In this document: piece after piece, positions 25,778 through 39,454 of the stretch
How the letters are laid out: every line of letters starts with the position of its first letter
Numbering within the stretch: position 1 is the first letter of the stretch
DNA from: Negaprion brevirostris
Taxonomy: Eukaryota
DNA length: 64,000 nucleotides
Assembly: GCA_030324005.1 (NCBI GenBank)
Contig: JARDVH010000025.1
Span: 78,777,950-78,841,949, forward strand
Reading direction: 5' to 3'
Notes under the pieces: generated by a model
Database searches by the model: none
What the model was told of the DNA's origin: nothing
Seen by the model: only the letters and a program-made list of their open reading frames with translations
Translations under genes and position numbers: made by a program

Positions 25778-28700
25778 GTGGGTAATGATGGGGCATTGCG
25801 TTAGATAACAGAAAACTCGCCGTTTAGCTGGCAATGCGCTTTTAACAGTAAAGATACTCAGTGGCGCGAATACAAGTATATACTGTTCCCATCCTCCAGC
25901 AGTAATTCCTCTGATTTCAGTTCTACCCAATTCTCTTAAACCAACGATCAGCGCTAATGACATATCTATATATTTCGATACAGGAATACAGACAGGGACA
26001 GAACTCATTAACCTGAATTCAAATAGGCTGCGTGCTAAATCTACAACTGGGATAGGTTTGGAGGATGAGACGTGGATCCAAAATTACTGTAAGAATTCTG
26101 AAAACGTTCTTGCCAGAAGCGTTTTTGCAGTTAAAGCCGCAGAACGAATGACTGAAGCAACGGGTTGTCGGAACAAATGTTTGCTAAAAATCCTATTTTG
26201 TAGCGCTTTGCAATGTAAGTGGCAGGAGTGAGTTTGACTGTGCTCGGAACGCTAGCCGCTCTAGGTTAGGTTTATGGATGTGCGTTCGCTGATGTTCAGC
26301 AGGGTCGGAATAGCCACAGCATCGGGTCACTAAGCAAGCCCAAACCATACACAGGCCCAGTAAAGCTCCCGGGGTCCGCACTTCATCATATACATGATCT
26401 GGACAGTGGATTTCAGTTGCGTACATGTTAATTTCTGGGTATATGAAAGGCCGCAGTGAAGATCTCAGATAACACTCCAGATATGTTCTGTGGAGCACTA
26501 CGCGGGCGACGCGGTGAGCATAAACGGACATGCAGACTCAGTGCAGATTACAGAAAGGTGGACCCCTTGGAACACTCAATGACTCTAAAACAAACACGGC
26601 ACATGTTTCCGGTTTAATGTTGGAAATTACACCAGTCCCACAAAACCGCTCAGATCTGCTGAAGTCACCGTTCAAAGCCTTTCAACTGAATTGTTTTTAA
26701 AAATGCATGTTGGGGCGGCGACATTAATTTTGAGAAGGATGTGGCCCTATATTGAATGAAACGCATAAAATAATAGTGTTTGAGGCAGGAGATAGAGTTG
26801 AAGATGTGGAGATTGTGTTTAAGTAGACAGCGGTTATATTTCATGGCATTGCACCTACTTCGCTTGTATTAAATAACAGCAGAACATGCTGGAAATACAA
26901 AAAGGCGGTGGGGGGCGGGGGGAGGGGGGAGGCGGTTGTTAAAGTTTGGAGTATGGTTCCAAAAGCTGACGATGTTGTGCCGTCTATCGCTATCTGTAGA
27001 CAGTCTCGTTTCGCCGGCGTGTTAAGAGTTGCCAGGAATAAAACTGCCGAATTGCATGAAATTTAACTGGGTACCACCTGGGTCTTATTAATCTCTGCTG
27101 GGGTACCGTTAGAACATGCAGCAATGAAATAGACTAATTTCAGAAGGAAATACTGTTTTATTATATTCTTCGGTGGAAGCTCGTTCCCGCTACTTAAGGG
27201 ATAAATGATGGATCCGTGAGGAAATAAAGACACTTGTTAATGTCCAAGGTAACTGCTGCACCACCTAAAATCCCGTTCCGATTACTCTGCTGAAAATCGC
27301 CAGTAAAATGAAATAGGACTCGATTACTCCAGGTGCCATTTGGAGTTGTGTGCCTAGCTTCGAAAGGATAATTAATATTTCTGTTAGAGACACGGCCCTT
27401 AAAAAGGTGAGTGAATGATGTTTGGATGCAGTTGAAAAGGCAGCACACACATGTATATATGTGTATATATATGTATATATAGGCTGTCATATGTATAGGC
27501 TGTCATTAATATAATATATATATAATTTAACTGTTTCTTACCACAAAGTCCAAGTAAATGTGCGTACCATGTAGGAATGGTTTTGCTCAGAAGAAAACAA
27601 ATAAAAGAGGCAGAATAATGATTTCTACTTGGCTGGGACTTTGGGTTATCATAATAATCCACACTCTTGTCTTTAAGAGATGGAAGTATTGCCATATTAT
27701 CGCCTTCTCCGCACACGACTTCATCCAGTGAAATATCACATCTGGCGAGCTTACGCGCTATATAAAGAGTAACTACACACTCTCACTAATGTACTGGCTG
27801 AGACACCTTGATGTTTCAATGCAGTATTGCCTAGCAGTGTGGCAACAGTTACATCAGTTCTTGGGAATTAGGTAGGACTGAATCCCAGGGAAATTTAAGG
27901 CTGGCCAACTTGACACCGCTGTTTAAAGGAATGGCGACGTTGCTGCAGCTCCGTCAGTGTTGGTCGTGAGCTAAGCAGCCGCAAGTAACAGTCCCAGGAA
28001 TCAAAGGCGGGGGCGGGGGGTGGGGGTGGAATGCTTGCAATATTGATTTTTAAAAAATACACGTGACTTGTTCAGAATGGAAACTTTCAACTAAGAGTTT
28101 ATTTACGTGTGAGTTTTGAAGATTGTTGATTAACGGCATTTGGCTATAACATCAAGTTTGTTGACTTTTCTAACCGAGGGCAGTCACATTTAACAGTGGC
28201 TGTCACTGCAATGTCTAAACACCAATGCTGGAACATTCCTAAAGTGTTTGACCATGTCAGATTCAAGTATGAATTGTTTCATTAAAAGGAGGTGTTTTGG
28301 CAAGCGTTCGTTCAGTGGGCTGGACACTAATGCGGCAGTTTCGGGCGTCTGAGAGTTCCGACCCGCGAGTAGAAAGAGCGGAGAATCCGCTCCCATTCGG
28401 AAGCTCGGCAGTAAATCAAAGCTGTGGTTTCTGCATGTCTGAGTGTATATCCTATACACTTTGCAAGTCTCCATATAACGTTTGGATAGATGTTAGATTG
28501 CCAGACATTTGCTGCCGCTCCCCGCACCCCCTCCTCCCGAATGCCCGAGCTTCCATTTGAAGGTCCTATCCCTCTCTCTGCTAGATTCCCCTCCAGAGGA
28601 AATANNNNNNNNNNATTTTCTCCCGCTACTTTGCGAATTAGCCCAGATGTAAAAATTCTCTTATGTAGTTCATACCATTGGTTACCCTGCACTTATCTTG

Positions 28701-31468
28701 TAGACATATATTGGAAATATACAAATTAAGAAAGGGATAACATCAATTTATCACGACCTCATGGCGTCCAAAAGTGCTTCACAGACAATTACGTAGTTAA
28801 TGAACGAGTTGTGACTGTTGTAATGTAGGAATGATTTCAGACAGCGTATTTGTTGAGCATTGGATAACTCAGTGCAGTAACACCAGTGAGTGTGACAATA
28901 TAAGGGCTGTAACTCCTAACAAGTGCAGAGCACCTCTCCAAAGAGCTTTATTACATTTAGATCCTCTTGAAGAGATCCGTGTCTTTTAAGCACGACGTTT
29001 TTTAAAAATAGACTGTATATCTGGAAATCGATTAGTACGGTCAGTAATTAATTAATCTGGAAATTGATTAATACTCTTGGATAAAGATCTTCCATGCGAA
29101 AGTATTAACAGGAGGCACTGCGTTCAATAAGCATGTTAGGGCACACCGTGAGAACAGCAACTTCATCAGCAATACTGCGGGACAGGCATGTATCGGTACT
29201 AATGTATCATTATTAGGGATGTAAAGACCGCAGGACAAATGCCTCCCATTCACACACCGTCTGATCTCACGTCACCTTGCAAAGCATATCTTACGTCTTG
29301 ACGAAATGGACAGGGACTTAAACGTTCTCATGATTATGCGAAGAGCTTGTGTTGTTAAGCGGTCGTATTCAGCCACACAAAGCTCGGGCAGCTTATTTGC
29401 GATATTTATTTAAACATAGCCCTGTTTAGTATGTGATGACCTCGCTGATCATCAGAATTCACGCACAGGATAACTTGTGCATTTCATGTTTCAACCATGT
29501 GCTGGCACCCGATGATCAGACTTGTTAAAAAAGAGTAGTGAATCTGCTGAGTATTTTTTTGTGTATCGGATTGCTAGTGATATGAAATGATCGGTTAGGC
29601 ATTTTTGCAGTTTAAATCCGCACAGCGTGCGAGTGCAGCATTGATTTCAGATTAAACCTCAGGAACAGCTTCAGTTTACAACACATGGTTAATCGGTGTA
29701 AGGCCCGATGGCACATTAGATAGCCATTTGAACCCATCCCACGCAGCCTCCACATCCACATTTTTGTGTTCGTAATTTCATTACTGCAGACTGGAAGACT
29801 TGGATTCGATGTCCCTGATTCGGATCTTTAACAAGTCCTTGTTTAGCATAATTATTTAGATTTCAGCTGCAAATCGCTATCCCGGAGCTGGTTTCCAAGT
29901 TATTGCGGACAAATACCTGATAGCTGCAGACTACCGCTTTAACAATCCAGCTATCATTCTGATCCAGATTAATGCAGCAGAGGGTTGCTGGGACTGTTAA
30001 ATATCTACAAGAATTATATTGTACCCATAGTTCTTCAAACAAACTGTGCCTTAATTAAAGATCCAGCAAACTCTTGAATCCAGTGCATGATCTTGCATTA
30101 TACCAATTCAGTTTCCTTCCCCAGTCAAGTATTGCTGAAATGAGGTTATGGGAGGGAGATCCCGAGGTGACCCTAGCAAGGAATGATTTGCATTCAAATA
30201 ATAGACTATGATATGCGAAATCGAGACTATTGGGGACCTGACCCAGTCATTGACTTGTATGAGTTGTATGTCTTTTTCTCTGTCAGTAATTTATTGTTCA
30301 CCGTTCCCACAAAAGTCGGACGACTAATAGCAGCATGCAAAGATGCCCAGGTAACCTTTTCTGGGTTGTATCTTAGTCAATTATCATCTTAGTCAAAATG
30401 TGTTTCGACTGTGATTCACGGGAGGCAAAAGGCTAAGGTGCAATTAGCATTTCAGCCCGGTGTTTAGCGGCGAAGAACGTCCCAGTGACCACCACTGTGC
30501 TTTCCATCTCTTTACAACAGCAATGAACGCGCCCTGGACTCAAACTCTATGAAAAGTTTCCCCTTACAGCTGCTGTGCAGATCAGTGAGGGGAGAATGAA
30601 TGGAATCAAGGCTTTATCTCAGATCGAGAAGTGACGGTCTTTTTCCTTGAATGAGTAAAGGGGTGGGCGGGAGATTACTAAACCATATTCTCCCTAAAAT
30701 CAGAAACAATAGGTTAGCGATACTGATAAATATAGAGTGCGGCACCGCCTGGATAAATTGCGACGAATATATGGCTAACCATTCTTCATTCCTCACCTTT
30801 TCAATATAGCTAGAATGTACAGCCTCTTTCGTTTGCGAAAACATGTGCTTTTTTGTTGGATGCTAAACTACCCGCAGACAGCCTCGGAAATAAACTGACC
30901 CTCCCAAATACACTGAAACGCTACAGATGTTAGCATACGGTTGTTTGCCTCGGCACTCAATGCAGCATCACTTCAATGAAATAGCAGCAAAAAGCTTTAA
31001 GTGCTGGAAATCTGAAATTAAAAGAAAATATGTTGCAGGGGAAGTTCCCAGCAGATCATTCAGCGTCTGAAACGACAAAACACGCTGTACTGGTCCCTTG
31101 TCACCTGAAACCTCAATCTAATCAGCTTTCTTGGCAATTTCTGTTTTTGTTGCAGTTTGCTTTCTGTCCCAGTGAAAAATTAGGCCTGAACAGTGACCCG
31201 ATAATCCACTGGAACAAACGAGAATGTTATAAAAATACACCTCAACGCTTTACATCTATAGGAGTTTGAAAGTGGACACTTCTCCCCGCAGTCTTTATTA
31301 CAAAGAAAATGTATGCTCCCACCCGCATTCTTTCATCTTCGACGAAAAATGAATGTTCCAACATTAGGGAAATGCAAACGTTTCCTCCTGCGCTATCTAA
31401 TATTAGGAAGAAGTGTCACTTCTACGTACACTTTCTAATCTTAGGACAAATGAGATTTTCCGGCCCTC

Positions 31469-31768
31469 GGGGCGGCACGGTGTCACAGTGCTATAATGGC
31501 ACTGCTGCCTCACAGCGTCAGGGAAATGGGTTCGATTCCCGGCTTGGGTGACTCTGAGGAGTTTGCACGTTCTTCCCGTGTCTGCGTGGGTGTCCTCCGG
31601 GTGCTCCGGTTTCCTCCCACAGTCCAAAAACCTGCTGGTTTGGCGCGTTGCCCATGCTAAATTCTCCCTCAGTGTACCCGAACAGGCGCCGGAGTGTGGG
31701 GACGAGGGGCATTTCACAAGTAACTTCATTGCAGTGTTAATGTAAACCTTGCTTGTGACTAATAAATA
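31469..31768 (+). mobile_element. tRNA-derived V-SINE (HE1-like), full length, intronic
   Basis: Head ggggcggcacgg, B-box-like ggttcgattcc, V-domain gtttgcacgttcttcccgtgtctgcgtgggt...ctccggtttcctcccacagtccaaa, tail ...gactaataaata. Confidence 0.88.
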
Positions 31769-32036
31769 CATTTAAATATAGAAAATAGGCGCGACTGCTC
31801 TTCCAAGCCCAACAGTGAAAAGAACAACAGTTCAGTGGGGCAGCGGCGGGAGGCCCTGTGCATAAGCCGAGCTTCCCTTTGTGAGCTATCCATAGATGTA
31901 ACTGTGACAGTGTAACTCTCGTCTGTTTTGCTGCCTGTAGCACTGGACTGAGGCCCTGCCGATAATGTAATTCAATAATTGAAATGTATTATAATATTGA
32001 AGTCCCTGTGCTGAGATTTACAATAAGTATTAAAGT

Positions 32037-32306
32037 TAATTTATTTATTAGTCGCATGTAAGGCTTAAATTAACACTGCAATGAAGTTACTGTGAAATTC
32101 CCCTAGTCATCACACTCTGGCACTTGTTCAGGTCACTGCATCTAACCAGCACGTCTTTCAGGCTGTGGGAGGAAACCGGAGCACCCGGAGGAAACCCACG
32201 CAGACACAGGGCAAACATGCAAACTCCATACAGACAGTGACCCAAGCCAGGAATGAAACGCAGGCCCCTGGCTCTGTGAGGCAGCAATACTAACCACAAT
32301 GCCATG
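32037..32306 (-). mobile_element. V-SINE, inverted copy
   Basis: Reverse complement of the same family (tgtgggaggaaaccggagcacccggaggaaacccacgcagacac). Confidence 0.88.
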
Positions 32307-32515
32307 TTTCTTTTGTGAGATTCATCCAATATCAGGGATGGGATTTTATTTCATTAAATCTCATATTGCATTGTGTGCAGATACAATCTTTAAATTAATA
32401 AACTGCAATTATTTCATTAGATATGTTTGATAAAAAGAAGTATTATTATTCCATTCCTGAATCAGAATTGGCGCTTGGAGCCTTTCTGGTTGATTGCTGA
32501 GTGAGACACAAATAA

Positions 32516-32592
32516 ATCGGTTGGACTGAAACCTGGTGTTGTCAGACTTTTTACTGTGTTTACCCTAGTCCAACGCTGGCACATCCACATCA
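32516..32592 (+). mobile_element. Truncated copy of the Penelope-derived short element
   Basis: gttggactgaaacctggtgttgtcagactttttactgtg...ccacatca, flanked by the 14-bp direct repeat tgagacacaaataa (32502-32515 and 32593-32606). Confidence 0.8.
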
Positions 32593-33689
32593 TGAGACAC
32601 AAATAACAGTTATACATGTGTTTGATAAAGATGTTTCTTGCATCACAGTATCACAGAGTAATTACAGCCCAAAAGGAGACCTTTCAGTCCTTCATGTCTG
32701 CTCTGGTCCTCTGACGGAACAGTGACCACACTTCAAAACTACTTTATCAGTCGAAAGGCACTTTGGAATCTTCTGAGATCACGGAATGTCAGATAGGAAT
32801 GTACGTCCTTTTTCTCTGTGGCATTATTTTCAACAGTTTAAAATTAGAATTGTAAAAAGTTAACTAATACTAAAGTAGGCCAAAAAAAAATTCTGGAAAT
32901 AAGCATGTGATCTAGAAATAGGGAATATTAATCACAGGAGGATGTAATTTAACCATCCTTGCTTCACCTAAATTTACAACCCATTTTGGCATTGATTATA
33001 AACAGCATTAATTTTCTACCTTCTTCCCACACGGATTCTCCTTTCCCATGCTCTGCTCATACTCCGTAATATTCTCCCTTTCAGATAATTATCCAGTATT
33101 TTTTCCCAATGACGTAATTGAGTCAACATAAAATTACCGCTTGTGGCAAAATTCTGTTACTTCTTTACATTGGAAAGGTTCTTTCTAAATCCTTTCTTCA
33201 GTTTCTTGTTCTTAGTCATGTTGCCAAAATAAATTATCTTGTTTATTCCATTTCTTTCTTCGCTTACATGCTTGAAGCCACCTTTCGAAGTTCTCACTTC
33301 AAGAGAATTTGTCCAGTTTTCTCCTGTCTTTCCTGGCAAAGCAGATTGTTATTAATTCCCTGCCGAGAATATACTAAATAAGGAGTGATCACGTACATAG
33401 CCTGCTGAAGTACTGAGTCACGCGCAGGAGAAATGTCTTCATCCAAAGAGTGGGGAGAATGTAACATTTTCTAATGAAGCATGCATACATTTCAGTGGAA
33501 GCATCTGAGGGAAAGAGGAATCTAGGATTATGCTGAAAAGGATGAAGAGAGATGAGGAGTATTTACACTAAATGCCCAATAGCCTGTTTCTGTGCTTGAA
33601 GTTCTATGCAATTCAGAGTAGTTGAGAAGTATGAATGGAGGGAGGAAAGGAAGTCATGAGGTTATTGGTAAAAGTCCATCAATTTGTAG

Positions 33690-33865
33690 CACTTTGCTCC
33701 AGTTTCCTCTCACAATCCAAAATACGCTGGTTAGGTGCATTGGCCATACTAAATTCTCCTTCAGTGTACCCAAACAGGTGCCAAAGTGTGGCGACTAGGA
33801 GGATTTTCACAGTAACTTTATTGCTGTGTTAATGTAAACCTACTTGTGACACTAATAAATAAACT
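33690..33865 (+). mobile_element. V-SINE 3' half
   Basis: Matches the 3' part of 31469-31768. Confidence 0.8.
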
Positions 33866-36329
33866 TAATGGAGCATCGAAACCCAGGCACAAGATTCTTT
33901 GAAGTTCCTTCTTGCTGAGAAATAGCAGAGGGAGAAACTAATAAATAAAAGGGGAGGAAGGCATGAAAAACAAATCGAGTCAAATCATCTCACTCCTTTT
34001 ACATTCAAGCAGATGAAAAAAAAATTAACTAGACAGTGTCAATCTACCAAATCAAGCCTGTAATTAGTATATTTTAAGGCAAACCTCAGTAGTTCTTTCT
34101 ACACAGATCGAATACAGCTTCAAGGGCACTTGCTGTTTGTATGCTTATGGTTTGGGTGATTATAGATGGTCACCCCAGAGAGGTGTCAATACATACTGCT
34201 GGTCACTGTGCAGGTAAACATTAAATTTGGGAAGCCTCTCTATTCAGGCAGGCTAACAGCTAAGGCAAATATTGTAGCGCTTAATGTGAAGTGCCATGGT
34301 CACATGTTGCCCCACTAGCTTAATTATAATCTTTCATGGACATTCTCTCCAGATAGAAAATATATAGGATATAACAGGCTGTTCACAGAAAAAACTTATT
34401 GGCATTTAACTAAGTCTCTCTACTCTATCCACGTTCCAATTAGCATCTGCTAAATGATATTAAAATCATTATTGCACTGTAGGAAGTACTTTCCCTGTGT
34501 GCTCGACTGTGTGTCTGTGGCACAAACCTTCATTTCTTATCAGAAGAGTGACCTTTCTATGCTGAGTGGAAGACCGGTTGGAACCAGCTTTCTCTCGCTC
34601 TGACCTTTATTTATGGTTATTAACAAAAGGAAGTGCTGGAAGGGGTTCCTGGAAAACCTGTCTTTCATTTCGTTTTACAGGCAGTCACGGACATATTTAC
34701 CAGTACGACTCTGTCCTGGTCACAAGAGAATCGAGTTTGCATGCTTGAAAATAGGCNNNNNNNNNNNNNNNNNNNNNNNNNNNNNNNNNNNNNNNNNNNN
34801 NNNNNNNNNNNNNNNNNNNNNNNNNNNNNNNNNNNNNNNNNNNNNNNNNNNNNNNNACATTCGCCCACCCCCTTACAAAAAAAAGTTCACGGTGATGTTC
34901 TGGGATCCAATGTATTAATGCGACAACAGGGCATCACTCAGTTGCTTGGTTCTAAGCTCTGGGATATTTGCGCCAAGATGCAGCAATTGTTTCATTTGCA
35001 TGTGTACCATTTTCTGTCTACATCTCATTGTATTGTGTTCAGAAATACTACAAATTTGCAGACTACGAGACTCTGCAGCCTAGGATTAGAAACAGGTTGA
35101 AAAAAGTAACAAACGAGTAAGGTATAACATTGGGCGGAATAATTAATTAATTTAGAAGTGAATGGAAATACTCGTTTTAAAATGCTTCTTGCGCAGTAAC
35201 AGCAGTTCCGTCGCTACCGCCTATATGTACTATCTGTATATTTAACATTGGTAAACAAATCATTTTAAGGATTTTCCTGAAAAAAAAGCTTATATTGTAT
35301 ACAGTGTGCACTGAAGGGCGTGCGGACGAATTTAGTTACTTCAATTTACCACTTCCTCAAGAAATGCAATAAATCGCGGTTCAATAACACAGTTCCTTAT
35401 CATTAAGAAACATAGGTCTTAGTCCCAGCATGAATTTTAGAATATATTTTGTTTACCTGTGTGCACCTCATTTTTTGTCATAATTTTAGAAATATAACTT
35501 AAGTGAACACAATGCTCACTAAAATAATTACACACTGGTGCTTAGCAGAATTATAGCGACCAAAATGAAACCAACCCATGCGTTCAGTGAGCTGATCTTT
35601 TAGGGGGTTAAAATAACACTCGGCTTCGGCACTCTTGTGTTAGCCTGGAGAAATGAAAGTGAGACTCCACCCTATCATGCCAATGATCCATGCTGGATGT
35701 TATACCTGTGTTGAAATTGGACAAGGACAGGTCAGGACAGCTTTGTGATGCCCCCTTGGCCCAATAGTTTATCCAAACGCAAGCCCATAGCTTATGCATC
35801 AATAATAGCCAGTTGTATGAAGTTGTGATGAGTGACCTAGGAATTAGTAAATGTCTTCAGAAGAAAGCGGTGAAGTAGAAAATCCGTAAGGAAAATGAAT
35901 GTATTGGAACAGTGATGGAAAACTATACAGTTGTAATGATGAAATGTTTAATGCACAGATTTACAATTATGGACACTCATGCTCTCTGTTGGCAATGTGT
36001 TGATGAACTTCTATGTCAGGCACATCATGCCACTGACTAAATATTCTTTCTGAGAATGGGGGTGATGCTGGCAAGGCTCCGTCCATTGCCCCATTCATTC
36101 CTCTTGGCTTTGAGAATGCAATTTATTTGAACGTCTGCAGCTGATATGCTATTAGTAGTCGTCAGGCAGTGAATTCCAAGATGTGAATGTACCTTTGCTG
36201 GAGAAATAGCAAAATCGGTCCATGTAACATATGACTTAAAGGAGAACTTGGAAGTAATGTTATTATTGTTCTTGTCCTTCTCAATGGCGGAGATGACAGA
36301 CAAGGGAGGTGTTCTCAAATGAATTCCTG

Positions 36330-36510
36330 CCACGCATCCTATGGACCCTACATACTGCAGCCATGGTGTGCGCTGGAGATGCAGGAGGTGAGTGTTGTGT
36401 TTAAGGATAAGAGTGACAAGCCAGGCGCTCTGTCTGGATCGTTTCAAACTTCTTGAGTGCCGTTCTAGCAGCACACAAGCAGGCGACGGGTACTGATGCA
36501 TAATCCTCCT
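36330..36510 (-). mobile_element. Old CR1/L2-group LINE remnant
   Basis: Diverged reverse complement of the sequence around 16720-16870. Confidence 0.4.
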
Positions 36511-37708
36511 GACTCTTGCCTTATTCTTGTCGCTGTAATGTTAGTATTGCTGATCCAGAAAGGTTTTACTTGTGTAGTGTTCTGAATTCGGTGGTGTCAC
36601 TAAAGGTCAGGGCAGGCACTGTTAATCTCTGTGGCTCCGCTACTGTGTGTGTTTATACTGTTTATCTGAACTACATCTCTCCTGTGCAATATGTAAAATT
36701 TTCAATGTTCCAGAACAGGGTTTGCTGTATTTGCATTTTTCGAACATATAATTTAACTAGGGTAAGTTCACAGTGCAGATTTGACATCTTGTGCCTGGTC
36801 TCCTGATCAGATCAGACCCGATCGTGGCGTTGTGTGAAGTGGAAGCTGCTTTCGAACACAACCATATCTTTATTTTTATATTGTGATATCTGAATAGGAT
36901 GCGCGGAGAGACTAGAACTCGGGCACGGGTTAAAATAGGGGGTCTTCCATCTAAGGCGGACACTTCCCCCTTCAGAGAGCCTTGTGTTTGTGAAACTATC
37001 TTCCCGAGACAGCGGCGGAGACAGGGTCACTGGATATTATTAAGTCCCAGTGAGATAGATTTTTGACTAACAAGGAAATCGGAGGATATCGGGGAAAGAT
37101 TACGATGTGGAGTTCGGGCCATTTTCAAACCAGCTAGGATCTTACGGAATTGCGGAAAATTTAAAGGGCCTAATGGCCCACTCCTAATTCGTATGTATCA
37201 ATGTCTAAGAATGTAAAGACGCATTCTCACAGAGCTGATGAATCTTGCAAACAGGTGCCAAGGGTAGAAACTGCATCAAACCATTGTCTCATTGATTGGG
37301 GGGTAAGGAGGGAGGAGTCTCTAACTGAAATGTCCAGTAAAATATCCAAGATTAATATGCAACAGGTAGGGATTAACAATTGAAAAGAGAAAAGATCTGG
37401 AACCGTGTCCGGACGAAAATAAAGTTTCAAAAAGCCACCCCAATTGGATGGATCCCTGTATAATGTATTTGCCTCAACAAATAACAGCGAGCATTATTTT
37501 AAAAATCATCACCGTTCCCATTGCACAACCATTACAAGTGTGGGGAACGATCTTTGACCTGTATGTTTGCCATCATGATCGACTGAATTACAGTTCAGTC
37601 TTGCTTTGGTCTCCACTGTTTGTTGCCTTCACGTTCCCTTTACTTCACTTTTTCCTCAATTGCTTCCTTCACGACCTTTGCTCAGTTCCATCTCTTTTTT
37701 TTTTCCAG

Positions 37709-38610
37709 ACGGAACCTCCACTGGGAAGAGGCAGAGATATCTATTCGATGTATCCAAGCTGCCATACACTGAGGAGCTGGTGGGAGGCGAGCTGAGGATT
37801 TTTAGGAATGTTCCGGTTACCCTGCAAGCGGCGCTGTCGGGGGCCGGCAGCCTCTATCGGATTGTGTTATATTCCTGCCAAGAACTGGGAGATCAGCCCC
37901 CGAAACGACTCGATTCGCGGACAGTGGATATCCTGGACGCCGATTCATCTAACTGGCAAGTGTTCGACGTGTGGGATTTACTGAAAAACCACATCACTGC
38001 GAGCCTGCTGTGTTTGGATGTGGAAATTATTTCCGATTACTCCCAGGAGGCTTTAGATCCCAGACTGTTGGGATTTAATCGCTCTGATCTCCAGCCTCAG
38101 GAAAAAGCCCTTCTGGTGGTGTTCAGTAACACGAGGAAAAGGGAAAACCTCTTCCGGGAGATCAGAGATAAGATCAAATCACTGGGTGGATCGGATTCAC
38201 TACAAACCAGCAGTGAACCCAATGTCAAGCGCCGAAGGAAAAGGAGAACTGCCTTTTCAAGCCGACCCAGCAGAGGCAGCGGGAAAAAAGGCAGGTCGAG
38301 ATGCAGCCGGAAACCTCTTCATGTTAACTTCAAGGAGCTGGGCTGGGATGACTGGATCATTGCGCCTTTAGATTACGAGGCGTACCATTGTGAAGGGATC
38401 TGCGATTTCCCGCTCAGATCCCACCTCGAACCCACTAACCACGCCATCATACAAACGTTGATGAATTCCATGGACCCGGAGTCCACGCCCCCCAGCTGCT
38501 GTGTCCCCTCCAAACTCAGCCCCATTAGCATTTTGTACATAGACTCGGGCAACAATGTGGTTTATAAACAGTACGAAGACATGGTGGTGGAATCGTGTGG
38601 ATGCAGGTAG
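37709..38610 (+). CDS. GDF7: GDF7-like coding exon 2 (prodomain, furin site, mature cystine-knot domain)
   Basis: Polypyrimidine tract plus CAG acceptor (tctctttttttttttccag|ac) joins in frame as GAC. Motifs RQRYLFDVS and [11 protein letters not shown]. Furin site KRRRKRR at 38227-38247. The 120-aa mature domain has the 7-Cys pattern [32 protein letters not shown]...CCVP...CGCR followed by [19 protein letters not shown] and KLSPIS favour GDF7 over GDF6/GDF5. The family is certain; the paralogue call is about 0.75. Confidence 0.93.
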
Positions 38611-39448
38611 CACCTTGCCATTGGGAGGCCAGAGGCCGGCTCCCCGAAGCTGATTTGCCGTGAAGTTAAGTACTGCAGCGGGTTGTTAAATGCTGACAAA
38701 GGCGCCAATTGTCCCTAAGGTGCTGGGAGGCAGGCTCGCCTTTGGTCAAAGGGAACGGCGACTTTCTGAGTTTGAGGGGCCTGACCCGTACAGTGAAGGA
38801 CAGCAGTCTTATGTCTCACCATTTTGTGAATTGGATTATGAGCCCCGTACAGACACACACACGCACACACAGATATGGTTAATCTGAAATCAAGCGAAAG
38901 ACTGATCCCAAGGTGCCAGTTCATGCTCACTGATTTTAAAAGCAATACTCCAGGGACGGGTGATGACAGGTTGGGAAGTTCACTTAAACGTAAAATCCAC
39001 TCCATCTGCTATTTTTGTAGCGTGAGTTAGCACCCACATTCAGTCATTATTTGCAATTTGATCACTAAATAGCCCCAGCGGGGGCATCCCTATAGCGGCG
39101 GAGGAGCGACAGGCCTGGTTTAGATCATTATTAACATGTGCTAACAAACGTGAGTCAGCTGCAAGCGGAAGGCCTACAGTGCAATCACTGACTAGGAAAG
39201 TCCTTGCCAAGATTACTACTCACATCTCACACAACCTTTCGAGGACCGAGACTCTCATAATTCAATAATGCAGCCACACCACATCTCCACACTCCCCACC
39301 CATCCCGGTGCCCGTGAATCTGAAAAAAGATCGCCTGTTACAATAGCACAGAAATTCATTGAACTGTACCATTCTATTGAAAAGAAACTAAACCCAGTGA
39401 TTTACTTTTGCTTTAGGTAGAAAATTACTCCATTACAATTCTAAATCC

Positions 39449-39454
39449 AATAAA
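39449..39454 (+). terminator. Candidate proximal polyadenylation signal AATAAA
   Basis: Canonical hexamer ~840 nt after the stop codon; another lies at 39870-39875. Confidence 0.3.

Larger units (their letters stand above)
25778..37708 (+). other. Single GT-AG intron of the GDF7-like gene (11,931 nt)
   Basis: GT at 25778 and AG at 37707-37708. The spliced CDS is 319+902=1221 nt and stays open. Confidence 0.85.

Noticed and set aside
31469-31550. tRNA gene
   Set aside because: This is the tRNA-derived head of a SINE; no complete cloverleaf.
37606-37708. First 34 codons of the 334-aa ORF
   Set aside because: Intronic polypyrimidine tract upstream of the acceptor AG.
38701-38716. BMP-responsive element GGCGCC...GTCC in the 3'UTR
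   Set aside because: Spacing and second half-site do not match GRCGNC-N5-GTCT.
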